The notes under the pieces were generated by a model. That model worked only from the letters and a program-made list of their open reading frames with translations, did not search any database and was not told the origin of the DNA. DNA of 60,191 bases, counting the filler, from Gonapodya sp. JEL0774 (taxonomy: Eukaryota), in NCBI GenBank assembly GCA_027604505.1. It is 4 parts of 4 records of this genome, joined end to end, with 100 filler letters (N's around TTAATTAATTAA, not from the genome) between each part and the next. Parts side by side here need not be neighbours in the genome. Positions count along the whole stretch, not along the records: positions 15,160 to 30,200 come from JADIIX010000302.1; positions 30,301 to 45,197 come from JADIIX010000303.1; 2 more parts are not named here. The stretch is one strand, 5' to 3'. Positions 27,012 to 37,800 of this stretch are shown one piece after another; the stretch's first letter is position 1, and every line of letters starts with the position of its first letter. Made by a program: the position numbers and the translations under genes.

Positions 27012-27840
27012 TGCGTAGCACACATGCCCTATGACCAACACGACACGTCCTGATATTTCAACTGCAGTAACAGTGTTGTCTGAAGCTCTTGACAACCCAA
27101 GCAAGAAGCATGTTGATGCATTCTACTGGTTACTGAGGTACCTGAATGGAACACAAAGGCATGGCATTACTTACTTGGGAAAGAATGATCCCAGAAGAAA
27201 ATCAATGAGTAATTGTGAAATCTTGCAAGGATATGCTTCAGAGCCTTTCAAAGGACACTTTGATGCAGATTGGGCACAGGATGCTTATCATCGCAAATCT
27301 CGCTATGGTTATGTGCTCTTGATGGCAGGGGGAGCTGTTTCTTGGTGGTGTGGAAAGAAAGATATTGTGGCCACTTCAACAAGTCACGCAGAGTACATTG
27401 CACAAGACTATGCAGTCTGAGAACTCATTTGGATCAAGCAGTTCTTGAAGGAATTAGGCAGCCCCATTGATGATTCAGTTGAAGTTCATTGTCACGCAAC
27501 TACATCTCTTCCTGTCTTGATGGGTGATAATCAAGGAGCACTCAATCTTGCAAGAAATCCACTTCTCCACAAAAAGACCAAACACATTAATGTGAATTAT
27601 CATTTTATCAGAGAAAGCTACAGAAAAATTTGATCCAGCCCACATACTGTCCAACAAAGAACAACACTGCAGATGTCATGACCAAACCATTGTCAACACC
27701 TGATTTTGAACAATACTGTGCAGGAATGGGATTGGGAGCAATTGGATAGTTGGAGTTGATTGGAAACAACACACTGGAGTGTTTTGTTTCAGTGGGAGTG
27801 TGCAGTCTTGAGTGAAATACGCATTGGTGACACAATAATT
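27012..27840 (+). mobile_element. Second Copia fragment (RT C-terminus and RNase H, PPT, start of LTR)
   Basis: TTRPDIS, LLRYLNGT, HFDADWA, GDNQGALNLARNP, KTKHINVNYHFIRE, ADVMTKPL; AGTGGGAG PPT followed by TG at ~27799. Confidence 0.88.
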
Positions 27841-27849
27841 TGTATAAGT

Positions 27850-29320
27850 TGGATTTGGGAAAGTGGTTGGATGAGTCATTGCTGTGGCCTGTGTGGCACA
27901 GGAGGTCAAACAGCCCATTTTCCCATGTAGTGTGTGTGAGAAAAGACAAGTCAAGTTTCAACGGGAGGAGTTTCCACCATTCATTGTGGAGAGTGATTGC
28001 TCCACACCTGTCAGGCTGGACAGCCAACCATTTCTTTCCCATCAGTTCCTTTGCAACCTGAGTAGGGGTCACAAATCTGGCCTTGAGCCTATCCCATATC
28101 TCCATTCCCTGTCCCCTTGTTGAGCGTTGTCAATGGCGAGGGTAAGGGCTGCAGAGACCCTGTCGTCCAGTTTGCGGTGAGGGTAAGTGGTGACAGTAAC
28201 AGTTGCGCCAGCAACAGGAACTGGCAGACCATTGTCAGCAGCCAAAGCTCCTGCTCAAGTTGTTGGGGCAGCCACTGGAGTGGTTGTGACAGTTGTGATA
28301 GTGGTGAGGTCAGTGGTTGTTCTGTCAGTGTTCACCCAATCCTGTCAAGTGTTCCTTCAGTCCAAACATCTTCACCACCCTCACCATCCTCAACTTCCAC
28401 CCCAATACTCTGAGTGTCCACTTTTCGCAGTGAGCTTCTCTCCTACAACCTTCAGGAGGTCCATCGGCCTGAACTCCCTGGTCATAGCACCGGTGGAATT
28501 GGTCAGGCTGCATTTTGACCTCACTTGGTGGCCCACAATAAACTTCAGCGTTGTGAGGTGTGTATGGGACATGGCCATGTCCAAGCAGATTCTTGGCAGT
28601 ACTTTGCCAGATCTCTGCAGATGTCTCTGTGTTCATTATCATGCCCCCAATACAGTTTTTTAAAAGCAAATGTTATCATGGAATATCTTTGCTAATCTGT
28701 CAGCCCTTCTGTCAGCCCTCTTACCTGACAGAACTGGCGGTCTAGTTGGTATTTCCAGCAACTCTGAAGCTCCACTAGGAGGAGTTTTCAGGAAGGTTGC
28801 ACAACACAAGGAACATTTTGCATGTGGTGTTCCACAATGTGAAGGATGCGTTTGTGATGGACCAACATTGGTGTTCTAAAGTAAGGTGAGACTGTTGAAT
28901 GCAGAGTGCTCGTTGCACTCTCCACCGTCTGATCAACAGATTCAATTGACTTCAAAACAGAATGACACAAAGTCCATACCACATAGAGGTGCATACACCT
29001 GATACCATGAACATTTCAAGATCCATTGTATTTTGTCAGAGTCAGCAGATCAGCAATACACTATATACATGTGTCCCCATGATGAAGTGTCAAACAAACC
29101 AAGTATGCATTCAAACCAACCACCGTCCTCATTCCAGTGTGCAAGAGCATTGTGACGGCCCTAGGTTGATTAAGCAGAAGACTGTATCCCATGGTGGAGC
29201 CAAATATTAGTTGTGGTGACAGGTGCGTGAACAGGATTTGCTGAGGAGTCACAACAACTAATTATACCTATACCCCGTACAAAGTACAAACAACATTTAC
29301 ACAAAGAGTCTATATATAAA
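27850..29320 (-). mobile_element. Third Copia-like fragment (5' region and gag) in reverse orientation
   Basis: YWGWKLRMVRVVKMFGLKEHLTG and EIWDRLKARFVTPTQVAKELMGKKW resemble Copia gag N-terminal and UBN2 motifs; CpG-depleted; AT-rich LTR-like stub ~29255-29320. Confidence 0.6.
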
Positions 29321-29350
29321 TAAGTGTCAGAGAACGCGATTTCCAAAAAA

Positions 29351-30154
29351 TTAAATAGGGGCCGGCATCGGCTTCAACTGGCTAAAAGTCTGGCCCGATT
29401 TGACAGGCCTCGAGGCCCGCAGCTCTGGTGTGCCTGGGACCAGATCCCCACTGGTGTCAGACCCACTGCGCCACGTCGGCGACATGTGAGCTTCCCTGTC
29501 CCGATCCCGGTCGGATGGTGTTCCGGGACTGGGAGACTTTGTCGGGCTGGCGGTCGGAGTGTCGAGGTCGGTCAGAGTCTCGTTGGCGGCGAGGGGCAAG
29601 TGCGTTTCTTCGTCTCCCAGTGGACTCGCGACGGCGTCCCTGGGTTTGGACTTTTTGTCGCTCTCTGAGTCGTCGTTCGTGTCCGCGTCAGGCACTTCCT
29701 GGTTGAAGCTCGCCTCGACGGCAAGTAAAGTCCTCCTCGAGGCCTGCAATATATTGTACCCGTGCTGCTCCCCCGCGAAATGCAGCTTGTAACACTGTTC
29801 CTGGAGTGCCACCAGTCTCGCCTCCTCCATCCCCACGCCCGTCTCCAATGCCTCCGCGTACCACGCCTTGACCGCCTCGGCCATGGCCACGTCCAACCTC
29901 TCGAAAATCTCCTCCGCGTCCCACTGCTGGTCCAACAGCCTGTCCACGGCGGCGGCAGCCACGTCGGAGAGGATCTGCACGGCCTGGCTGCCGAAGCCGG
30001 CGTCGGTCCAGCGGTCGGCGTGCGCGATGAGGCGGTCCAGTGCCGCGATGGTGGAGGGGGTGAAGGAAGGGTCGGAGGTGATGGTGTGGAGGTCGGGAAG
30101 GTGGGAGAGGGAGGGTTGAAGGAGGCGTTGTTGTTTAACTGGTGGAAACAACAC
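29351..30154 (-). CDS. Hypothetical protein, 3' exon (5' end in gap)
   Basis: 267-codon GC-rich ORF, helical core and disordered tail; no family recognised. Confidence 0.5.
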   Translation of the reverse strand: MLFPPVKQQRLLQPSLSHLPDLHTITSDPSFTPSTIAALDRLIAHADRWTDAGFGSQAVQILSDVAAAAVDRLLDQQWDAEEIFERLDVAMAEAVKAWYAEALETGVGMEEARLVALQEQCYKLHFAGEQHGYNILQASRRTLLAVEASFNQEVPDADTNDDSESDKKSKPRDAVASPLGDEETHLPLAANETLTDLDTPTASPTKSPSPGTPSDRDRDREAHMSPTWRSGSDTSGDLVPGTPELRASRPVKSGQTFSQLKPMPAPI

Positions 30155-30200
30155 GGAGGAGATGAATGTGAAGTAGGCACAGGGAAATGGGGACGGTGAT

Positions 30201-30300
30201 NNNNNNNNNNNNNNNNNNNNNNNNNNNNNNNNNNNNNNNNNNNNTTAATTAATTAANNNNNNNNNNNNNNNNNNNNNNNNNNNNNNNNNNNNNNNNNNNN
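30201..30300. other. Assembly gap with TTAATTAATTAA linker
   Basis: N run. Confidence 0.98.
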
Positions 30301-30845
30301 ACGTAGTCTCGAGTACTCGTATGTATATTGCTAGTGTCTCTAGTACATGTGGGTATTTATACTAGTCTGTGGCCACCTAGTGGGCCAGATGTCACAGGTA
30401 CACAACAGGTATATGTGACTGCAAGGACTGGACATGGATGGACGATTAGAATATTTGTATCAGGACATGACTCGGAATGATTTTATGTTATGGACACTCG
30501 ATATCGGACAATCAGTCGAGAGGATAGCGGGACAAAGGTTTCACCGCAGCCACCCCCGGTGTGCTTTTCCCTTTGTTTCCAGACCTCTCTCTCCCCAGGA
30601 ACTATGATTGAAGGCGTTTTACAGAATTTCTGGACATTTCTCAGGATCTTTGAGGTTTATTATTCAACGGACTACTTGGACACTTATTGCAACAGAGGGG
30701 AGTGTTGTGTACCCGTGACATTTGGCCCACTGGCTGGCCACAGACTAGTATAAATACCCACATGTACTAGAGACACTAGCAATATACATGCAAGTACTTG
30801 AGACTACGTCTGGACCCACGGAACCGTCACGGTTACACCACAACA
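30301..30845. mobile_element. Short LTR (30703-30845) preceded by a PPT, with an inverted copy at 30301-30407
   Basis: AGAGGGGAG PPT, then TGTTGTG...CACAACA with TATAAA; 30301-30407 is the reverse complement of 30703-30809 with a few mismatches. Confidence 0.8.
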
Positions 30846-31390
30846 CACCCAGAGACAGCGGCCAGCGCCCTCTGTCCCGGCGACACTTGTGTTGCAATTC
30901 ATTTGAATAGTCTGCACGCAACGCGGATACGCGCTGTGGTGCAGGACTGGAGCCAAGGTTGCCCTTCTCAAGCCGATCACCGCGCTGTACAAAATGAAAC
31001 GTTCAAGTCCAATATGATCACCGTTCTCCACAGAAGACTGAGAGGCTTCATCCCGACCAGATGGTATGGTCATTTGCGATTATCAGATTGTGATTTGTGC
31101 GTTTGATCCCCATCCTTTGATTTCTCTCTCAGGACGGTGCACCTACCAACAGCTATAGTCCTGAGTTCAGCGAGCAATTGACGATGTATTGCATGATGAG
31201 AATTTTGCTTCACTAATTGAAATGCGCCCCAACATTTTCATTCTTCTGGTGAGTATTTGAAACGCAAATTTCCATCCAAAGGCAGAGAAAGGACAATCTC
31301 CTGTGTGAGGTATGACAGTAACGGCTGGCCCAAGCTTGAGATTCCGCTTAGCCGTTGCAGTGTGTTACTAGCGTCTCTGTTTGATCATGG

Positions 31391-31943
31391 TGTGGTGTAC
31401 TGGGCACCTGGAGTGACTACAGTCCAGGTGTGACGGAATGGGTCTATGTGTGAGGGTTTAGCCACATAGATAGCAAATATATTCTACACCTCAAACACCA
31501 TCATACACTCCCGCCCCTTCGATCCATCCCGTGCAGTCCTCCACACAGGGATATATGCAGGTAGTCGTATATACTGTACGATCTAGACATATACATCAGA
31601 TTTCCGTCCTACACCTACCAGTTGGTCCAGTATGGGACATCACAATTCGGGGGACAGCCGGCTGCATCTTGCATCCTCTCGGCTTGCTGTGGCCTGTGTC
31701 TGACTACTGATCCATTCCACTCCATCCTCATGCATCTCTCAATGGCCAGCATTGAGCCATGCAACATTGTTGACTTCGAGGACCTAGATGACGACGCTAC
31801 CAAAGGGCCTGGCTCCAACAATCCCACTGCCAGCGAGGGTTCCGGCGCCCCAGTCGGAGATTCTCCACCTGTCTTTGAGAAAGGCAAAGGCCCCGTTGAC
31901 GTTGATGAAAGCCCGAAACCCCCGGGCTTCAGTCCAATCACCC
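31391..31943 (+). mobile_element. Truncated 5' copy (LTR plus gag start) of the Gypsy at 34881-43066
   Basis: LTR 31391-31644 matches 42935-43066; MASIEPCNIVDFEDLDDDATKGPG matches MANIEPFNVVDFDELDEDAPKGPG. Confidence 0.9.
31429..31545. mobile_element. Solo LTR of another family inserted in the Gypsy LTR
   Basis: TGTGA...CCACA, 117 bp, flanked by a CAGG duplication (31425-31428, 31546-31549). Confidence 0.8.
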
Positions 31944-33120
31944 TGCTGTTGGTGGTACTCCCAATTGCTCACTTGCGGCTGGGGGGTTGTTGGGTATTTG
32001 TGGTCGAGGTCAAAATGGGCAATGATTCCGAAGGGGTTGTGGTATGGTTGACCAGCAGGATCAAGGAGGGGAATCTCACCAAGGAGACGATTGTCAAGAT
32101 GAAGAAAGAAACGTCGTTTGGTACTACGAGATCTATGCCAGTGGGAAGGAGTCAGCACGGAACGATTTGGACAAGGATGAGGTCCCGGATGGAGTTGCGG
32201 CCTTTGTACTCGAACAGTTTTCAGAGGTTGACGGGGTGTAAGGGAGAACTTTGTCAGTTGACCGAGTGATTTGGCAAGTGTGCGTGAGGAGGGGGGAGTT
32301 TCCAAGGTCGCAACATTTGGCAGTGAGGATGACTGAAATGCTGAGGAGAACTTTGTTGTAGGTGACAGGGGTGTTACGTTCCCTACAGTACGCAAGAACC
32401 TGTTGGTAAGTTTCAAGCGCGATTATCCAGGAGCGCTGGTATGTTTCAGATGCAGTGGCCCAGAGTGGGAGGACCATATGAGGATTCACGTGCACAGCAA
32501 AGAGAGATGCGAGGTGCGAGAGGCAAGGGTAGTCGAAGTGCTTATTCCGAGCCCACAATCGCATAATTGCGCAAAGATGACAAGATTTGAGGACTGGGGA
32601 CGGCCCAGTGTATCAGAAGGCAGAACAAGTCACCGGTTTGGTTAACAGGACTTCACTGGATTGGTTCCCAGTGCGCTCCTCCTTTGCCAGATGACCGCCA
32701 ATACTACGGTTGGGACGTGGGAGGCAGTTTTGGGTGGTTTGCGACTTCGACAAGAAAAACGAAGCTGCTGGCCAAAGCGACACAAGGGTCTGGGAAGCGA
32801 CACGGGGGGAGGCGGATTGTGGCAGTAGGGGGCACCAAATGTGGTGGTTTGTGGCGGAACTGTTGAGTTTCTGTCCCGAAACTCAATGTATATGTCTAAA
32901 GTCTTGTACAATGTGTTCAACAAGCAGCTGTAGCTGAGCCGCAGGCACTACTAAGATCACTAGGAAAATCTGAAAAGTACTCTATATGCATCTATATACT
33001 AATGAATACACATCTATCCAAGGAATGGGTGCTGCGTGGGGGTGAACTGGGATGACTGGTGTCTTGCTTGTGGGGTCACGTGACTCCAGCTAAACTCCTT
33101 CTTTTAGCCGTCCTCTCACA
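31944..33120 (-). mobile_element. LTR retrotransposon 5' fragment (LTR ~33120-32840, PBS, degenerate gag-like ORF)
   Basis: Minus strand ...CCACCACA followed by PBS-like TTTGGTGCCCCC; TG start at 33120; degenerate ORF 32133-32564. Confidence 0.55.
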
Positions 33121-33379
33121 ACAGCTTCTCTGGATCAAGAACACAGTCGTCCCCCCAAAATATAGTGGGGCTGTCACTACGTATCGGTCTCAGCCCTCTA
33201 TGACGGGATGGTGGCCTAGTGATAGACCTGGAGTATGAGATGATGTAAAGTGTGATCTTATTATGAGGTGCTAGTTGTGCCTCATATACATGTGCAAGGT
33301 GTCAATGCCACAGCACTTCTTAAAATCAAAAGAATGAAGCCCCACTTTGCTTTCGCTCAGCAAAGCTTCAGGACACATG

Positions 33380-33840
33380 CACCCTCAAAGCATTTGCAAT
33401 TCTTTGGGGCTGTGAATACTTCTGGCAATTCCTGCTTGGAGTACTGTTTGAGCTTCAAACTGATCACAAAGCATTGCGGTTGATCAAGTCACCTACAGCA
33501 GTGGGCAAGATTGTCTGCTGGGCTATTCAATAATCTGAATATGACATTTGTCTGTCTTACAAAAAGCGAAAGCTGCACACTAATGTGGATGCGATCTCCC
33601 ATGTTCCTCTCGATGACGACCTAGAACCGATGGATTTGGACATGTCAGTCCCAACGCACAGTGATGTTTCCTGACCCAAATTACCTGATGAAGCTGTGGG
33701 CCACAAATCGGAAACTCGTTTTGTCTGCGTCCTTCCCGCATTTGGACGATTGTGGGGGCTGACAGGAGTGATGCTGAAATGGCTGAGGGTGAAGCTGTGC
33801 CAGAGGCTGGTGCACTTGGTGCCTTCTCCACTCACTCCTG
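33380..33840 (+). mobile_element. Gypsy pol (RNase H) fragment duplicating ~40425-40865
   Basis: Shared GGGGCTGTGAATAC, CTTCAAACTGATCAC and CACAAATCGGAAACTCGTTTTGTCT. Confidence 0.85.
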
Positions 33841-34099
33841 TGGCTGTAGGACTGGTTGCAAACTACAATTGATGAAGCGAAGGCAACATACCCTCCAACC
33901 CTGTGGCCATGGGGGTGGACAACAGTGCGACAGCAAGGCAGCACAGCTGAAATCAAAAGAGCGGGGAAAATAGACGCAACATGGTGGAGTAGGGCTGTGC
34001 AGCTGATGACACACCCACCCAGTTGTTTGGTCCACAGATGTTGGGGGCAGTTGATGGTCTGCATGCGTAGTCAACACCAAGCCGCTTCTGAACACAAAT

Positions 34100-34785
34100 G
34101 AGTGCAAAAGTCTGATTTCCAACCACACCACACCTGATCAAACTCGAGGGAGGTCTGGAGTGGGCAGATGTTTGCTTTAGCACAACTAGACCAGTGAGAT
34201 GGCTATGCATAGGGTACTGTCAACCATGCGAGTATCCCTACGCTGTCCTGTCCTGTGGATTGGTGGAACTCCCAGGCGCCTTCTGAACGAGGCTCACTAT
34301 TCCTTCTCCAAGAAACTTGGGACCAACCTTAAATACCATTGTCCACTCACCAAACAACTTATCAGCTTTGCCAAAGCATGCCTGGGCTACTAAGCAGATC
34401 CTGACAGGGATCTCATGATTTGGGACGTTCTCTGTGGCAAAGTGGCTGGGACTCTGCACAAACAAACAAAAGGAGACCTCTTTGTTGTCACATTGCAATG
34501 AGTTGCGGGAGTGCAAGTGCGCAGGTTGGATACACTTTTATCAGCATGCACTGTGAAAGGACCACCAAGGTACGCAAGTGTGACGGGTATTGTGAACATC
34601 AGACATCGGCACTGCCTGGTTAGGTGAGTATGCCAGATACAAATATGTCCGTTCACGTACGGGTTACGCATTCAAGTAATTTGACGCTCTGCACTCAGAG
34701 GGAGTGTGTACATGACACTGAATTGGTTTGAAAGACCTAAGATATATACATAGAACTAACGATAGGCAAACACAAGACTACAACA
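34100..34785 (+). mobile_element. Highly decayed Copia 3' end (RT/RNase H remnant, PPT, short LTR ~34706-34785)
   Basis: STTRP remnant; AGAGGGAG PPT followed by TG...CAACA. Confidence 0.45.
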
Positions 34786-34880
34786 GCCATTCAAATACAT
34801 ACTTCTAAACAATTCCATTGTCCCAGTATATGCACTTGCCAATCACGCTTCTCAAACCTTTGGAGCCTGATTCACTGCCC

Positions 34881-37800
34881 TGTGGCATACTGGGTCGACC
34901 ACAGTGGAGGGATATATGCAGGCAGTCATATATACTGTACGATCTAGACATACATCAGATCTCTGTCCCACATCTACCAGGCTGGTCCAGTACGGGACAT
35001 CACAATTGGGAGGACGGCTGGCTGCATCTCGCATCCTGTCACTCCGCTGTGGCCTGTGTCGGAATACCGATCGACCCTGTTCTCCCCTCTCTCATCTCGC
35101 AATGGCCAACATAGAGCCATTCAATGTCGTCGACTTCGATGAGCTTGACGAGGATGCCCCCAAAGGGCCTGGCATCAACGATACCCATTCTGGCGAGGGT
35201 TCTGCCACCCTGGTCAACAATCCTCCTGCTGTCTCGGACAAAGGCAAAGGCCCTGTCAACATTGAAGAAAGCCCGAGACCGCTGGGCTTCAGTCCAATTA
35301 CCCCGAAGGAGCAGGCAAGTGCAGTAGGCGATGGGACCCCGACACCCCAAAATCGTCTTGTGTCGGTGTCTGATCATTTCCCTTCGCCAACAAACAAACT
35401 GTCCGCCACTCCGAAAGGCCAAAAGCTCCCCAACAATGTCCCTCCCTCTTCATTCTCAGGTACGCCTCCCCTTTGGCCATGCAAACTCCCCGGGACTCAA
35501 GGCGCAGCAAACCTCTACCCACCCCATGTCGCAGCAAGCAAACCGTCTGTGGATGACACGACTGAGGTGTTGCACACGCGTGTTGCAGACACGAGGGAGC
35601 AGGTAGCATTAAGGCGGGAGGAGATGGAATTGGCACACTAGTTGGAGGAGAAGGAACTGTGTGAGTTGTAGTTCTATCTGGACACGAGGATAATGGAGGC
35701 GGGGTACAAGGGTCCCTGCATGAACGAAGTGAGGTTTACGGTGAATGAAAAAGCGAGCGTGTCGCTGGCAAATGTGAAGAAGCCCCAACCACCTGCAGTG
35801 GCTCCAAAACTGAGGTCGACCATCTCCGACCTCCCGACGTTCCAGAAGCAAACGTACCAGCCGCCGAATAGCGAAATGAAGAGAAGAGTCGGGGAGGACC
35901 TGCATGATTGGGTGGAGCGCTTGTGTTGTAGTGTGGAGCACTCAGGTGTGCCAGACAGACTGGACGCAGTGAACAGGTGTGCACTTGTGCTCACTGAGTA
36001 GCTCAACAAAGCGTGGGGTGACATGAAGCAGCTCGGCACGTTGCCCCTGACCCACTGTCTCTGGGACGTAAGGCTCTTCAACTACCCACCAGTTGAGGAC
36101 CTGGACAGTTTCTTTGGGTGGTTCTACACCATGGTAGTGACAGACGCCCTACGGGAGGAGGCGCAGCATGTTGTGGACAATGCAAGCTGGGCCGTTGTAT
36201 GTGTGGATGGGGTGTGCACCGCAGACACAGCATCTGCGACGTTGGAGCAGCACATGGCGGACGTGTGGCAGTTGCAGGCGTACCCAATGCCCTGTAGCAG
36301 AATGACAAGCAAGCAACTCAATGCAAAGTATGTCACGATGTTCCTGAAGGCCGCTGGCCCCGATGCATGTCAGATGCTGAACGTGGTGGTGAAGCTGGGA
36401 CAAAAGCTCCATATACAGGAGCTCTGGGAGCGTGTGTCTGACTTGCAGGCGTACGCAACGTCAAGGTTCCCGCCTCTACCTGCAGGATGTTGTTGGGTGC
36501 GAGTGGCGCGCACCAACCTACCGCAGAAGCGCCCGGCACCAGAGTTTACAGAGATGGAGTTGGCTGACGGAATGAAGCGTTCCGCACCGGCCCCACCAAC
36601 TGAGCAAGAAGCAAAGCAGGCAGGTGGGGTGGTGGTTGTGGCAATGGAAGCAACCGGGGAGGCCGTGGACGAGGTGGAGGTGGTCCCATGAGGCCCCCTG
36701 AGAGCGGACCGAACTCCTACCTGCAACTGCAGCCTTACGCCCCATACCCACCGCCGTATCTCCCAGCAGGTCTGCAAGGATTTGCTCCGCCTCACCCACC
36801 GTATCAGCAGTGGTACCCCTATCCCCACCTGCCCTACCCACCGTACAGACCCCCTCCACCACAGCAACAATGGGGTCAAGGAAGCGCTTTGGGTCAGTGG
36901 GCCAATGCAAACAACGATCGGTGCTTCAACTGAAACAAGGGTGGTCACTTCAGGAGGGATTGTCCAAAGCCTGCGTCAGATAGCACGTTGAGAGCAAGGG
37001 CGAAGGCAGACAGGCGTGGATGGGGCGAAGTTTCAGATGCAAACAGGCAAACGTTGGGCCCAAGGGGCAGAGGCCAGGGTCACCAGTGAGTACCACAATG
37101 AGATGGCGTGGTCGGTGACACTGCGTTTGGCAGGCAGCGTTTCAGTTCCACATGTCCCGTGAATGACGTTGTTGCTGTTATAGACAAAGTGCGGAAGAAC
37201 AATTCCTGCATACCCTTAGACGTAGAACACGCATATCTTCACGTACACACAAATGCAAAAACATGTATTTGTACGGGCAATGTTACATCTGTTCCTGTGT
37301 GGTCTTCTCACCCCATTTCAGGCCGTTTCGTCATTCCTATCACTGTCCCTCACAGGCTCCTGGCGCACTTATTTGGCATGCCCAGTGGAATATTGGTGGC
37401 TCAAGTGCCGTTCTGTGTCTGTGGGCTTGCACCCCCGGCACACGACACCCCAAAACACCTTCAGGACCACGTTCACCTACTCCGACTACTGTAGTGGCGT
37501 GAGGGTTTGTGGGACTGTCCCGTCACCACGTTGGTGCCAGCGGACGCTTGTGCAGTCATGCAGAGAGACGTCTCCCTGTTTCGACGTACGACATTGGCAA
37601 TTTGGGTAGTTGGTGACTACTCGAATTTGGTATATATACGGTGAGCACGTTCTTCACTACTGCCAATTATTGCAACCATTTGTACGTGTACCTGACATTG
37701 ATGTGGTATATGGGCACCGTTTTGTTTACTAGTGGGTCACCTGACTGTGTGCACAGTCTGCCACTCTGAACAACATTTAAACTGGCACCCTAAGTAGGGA

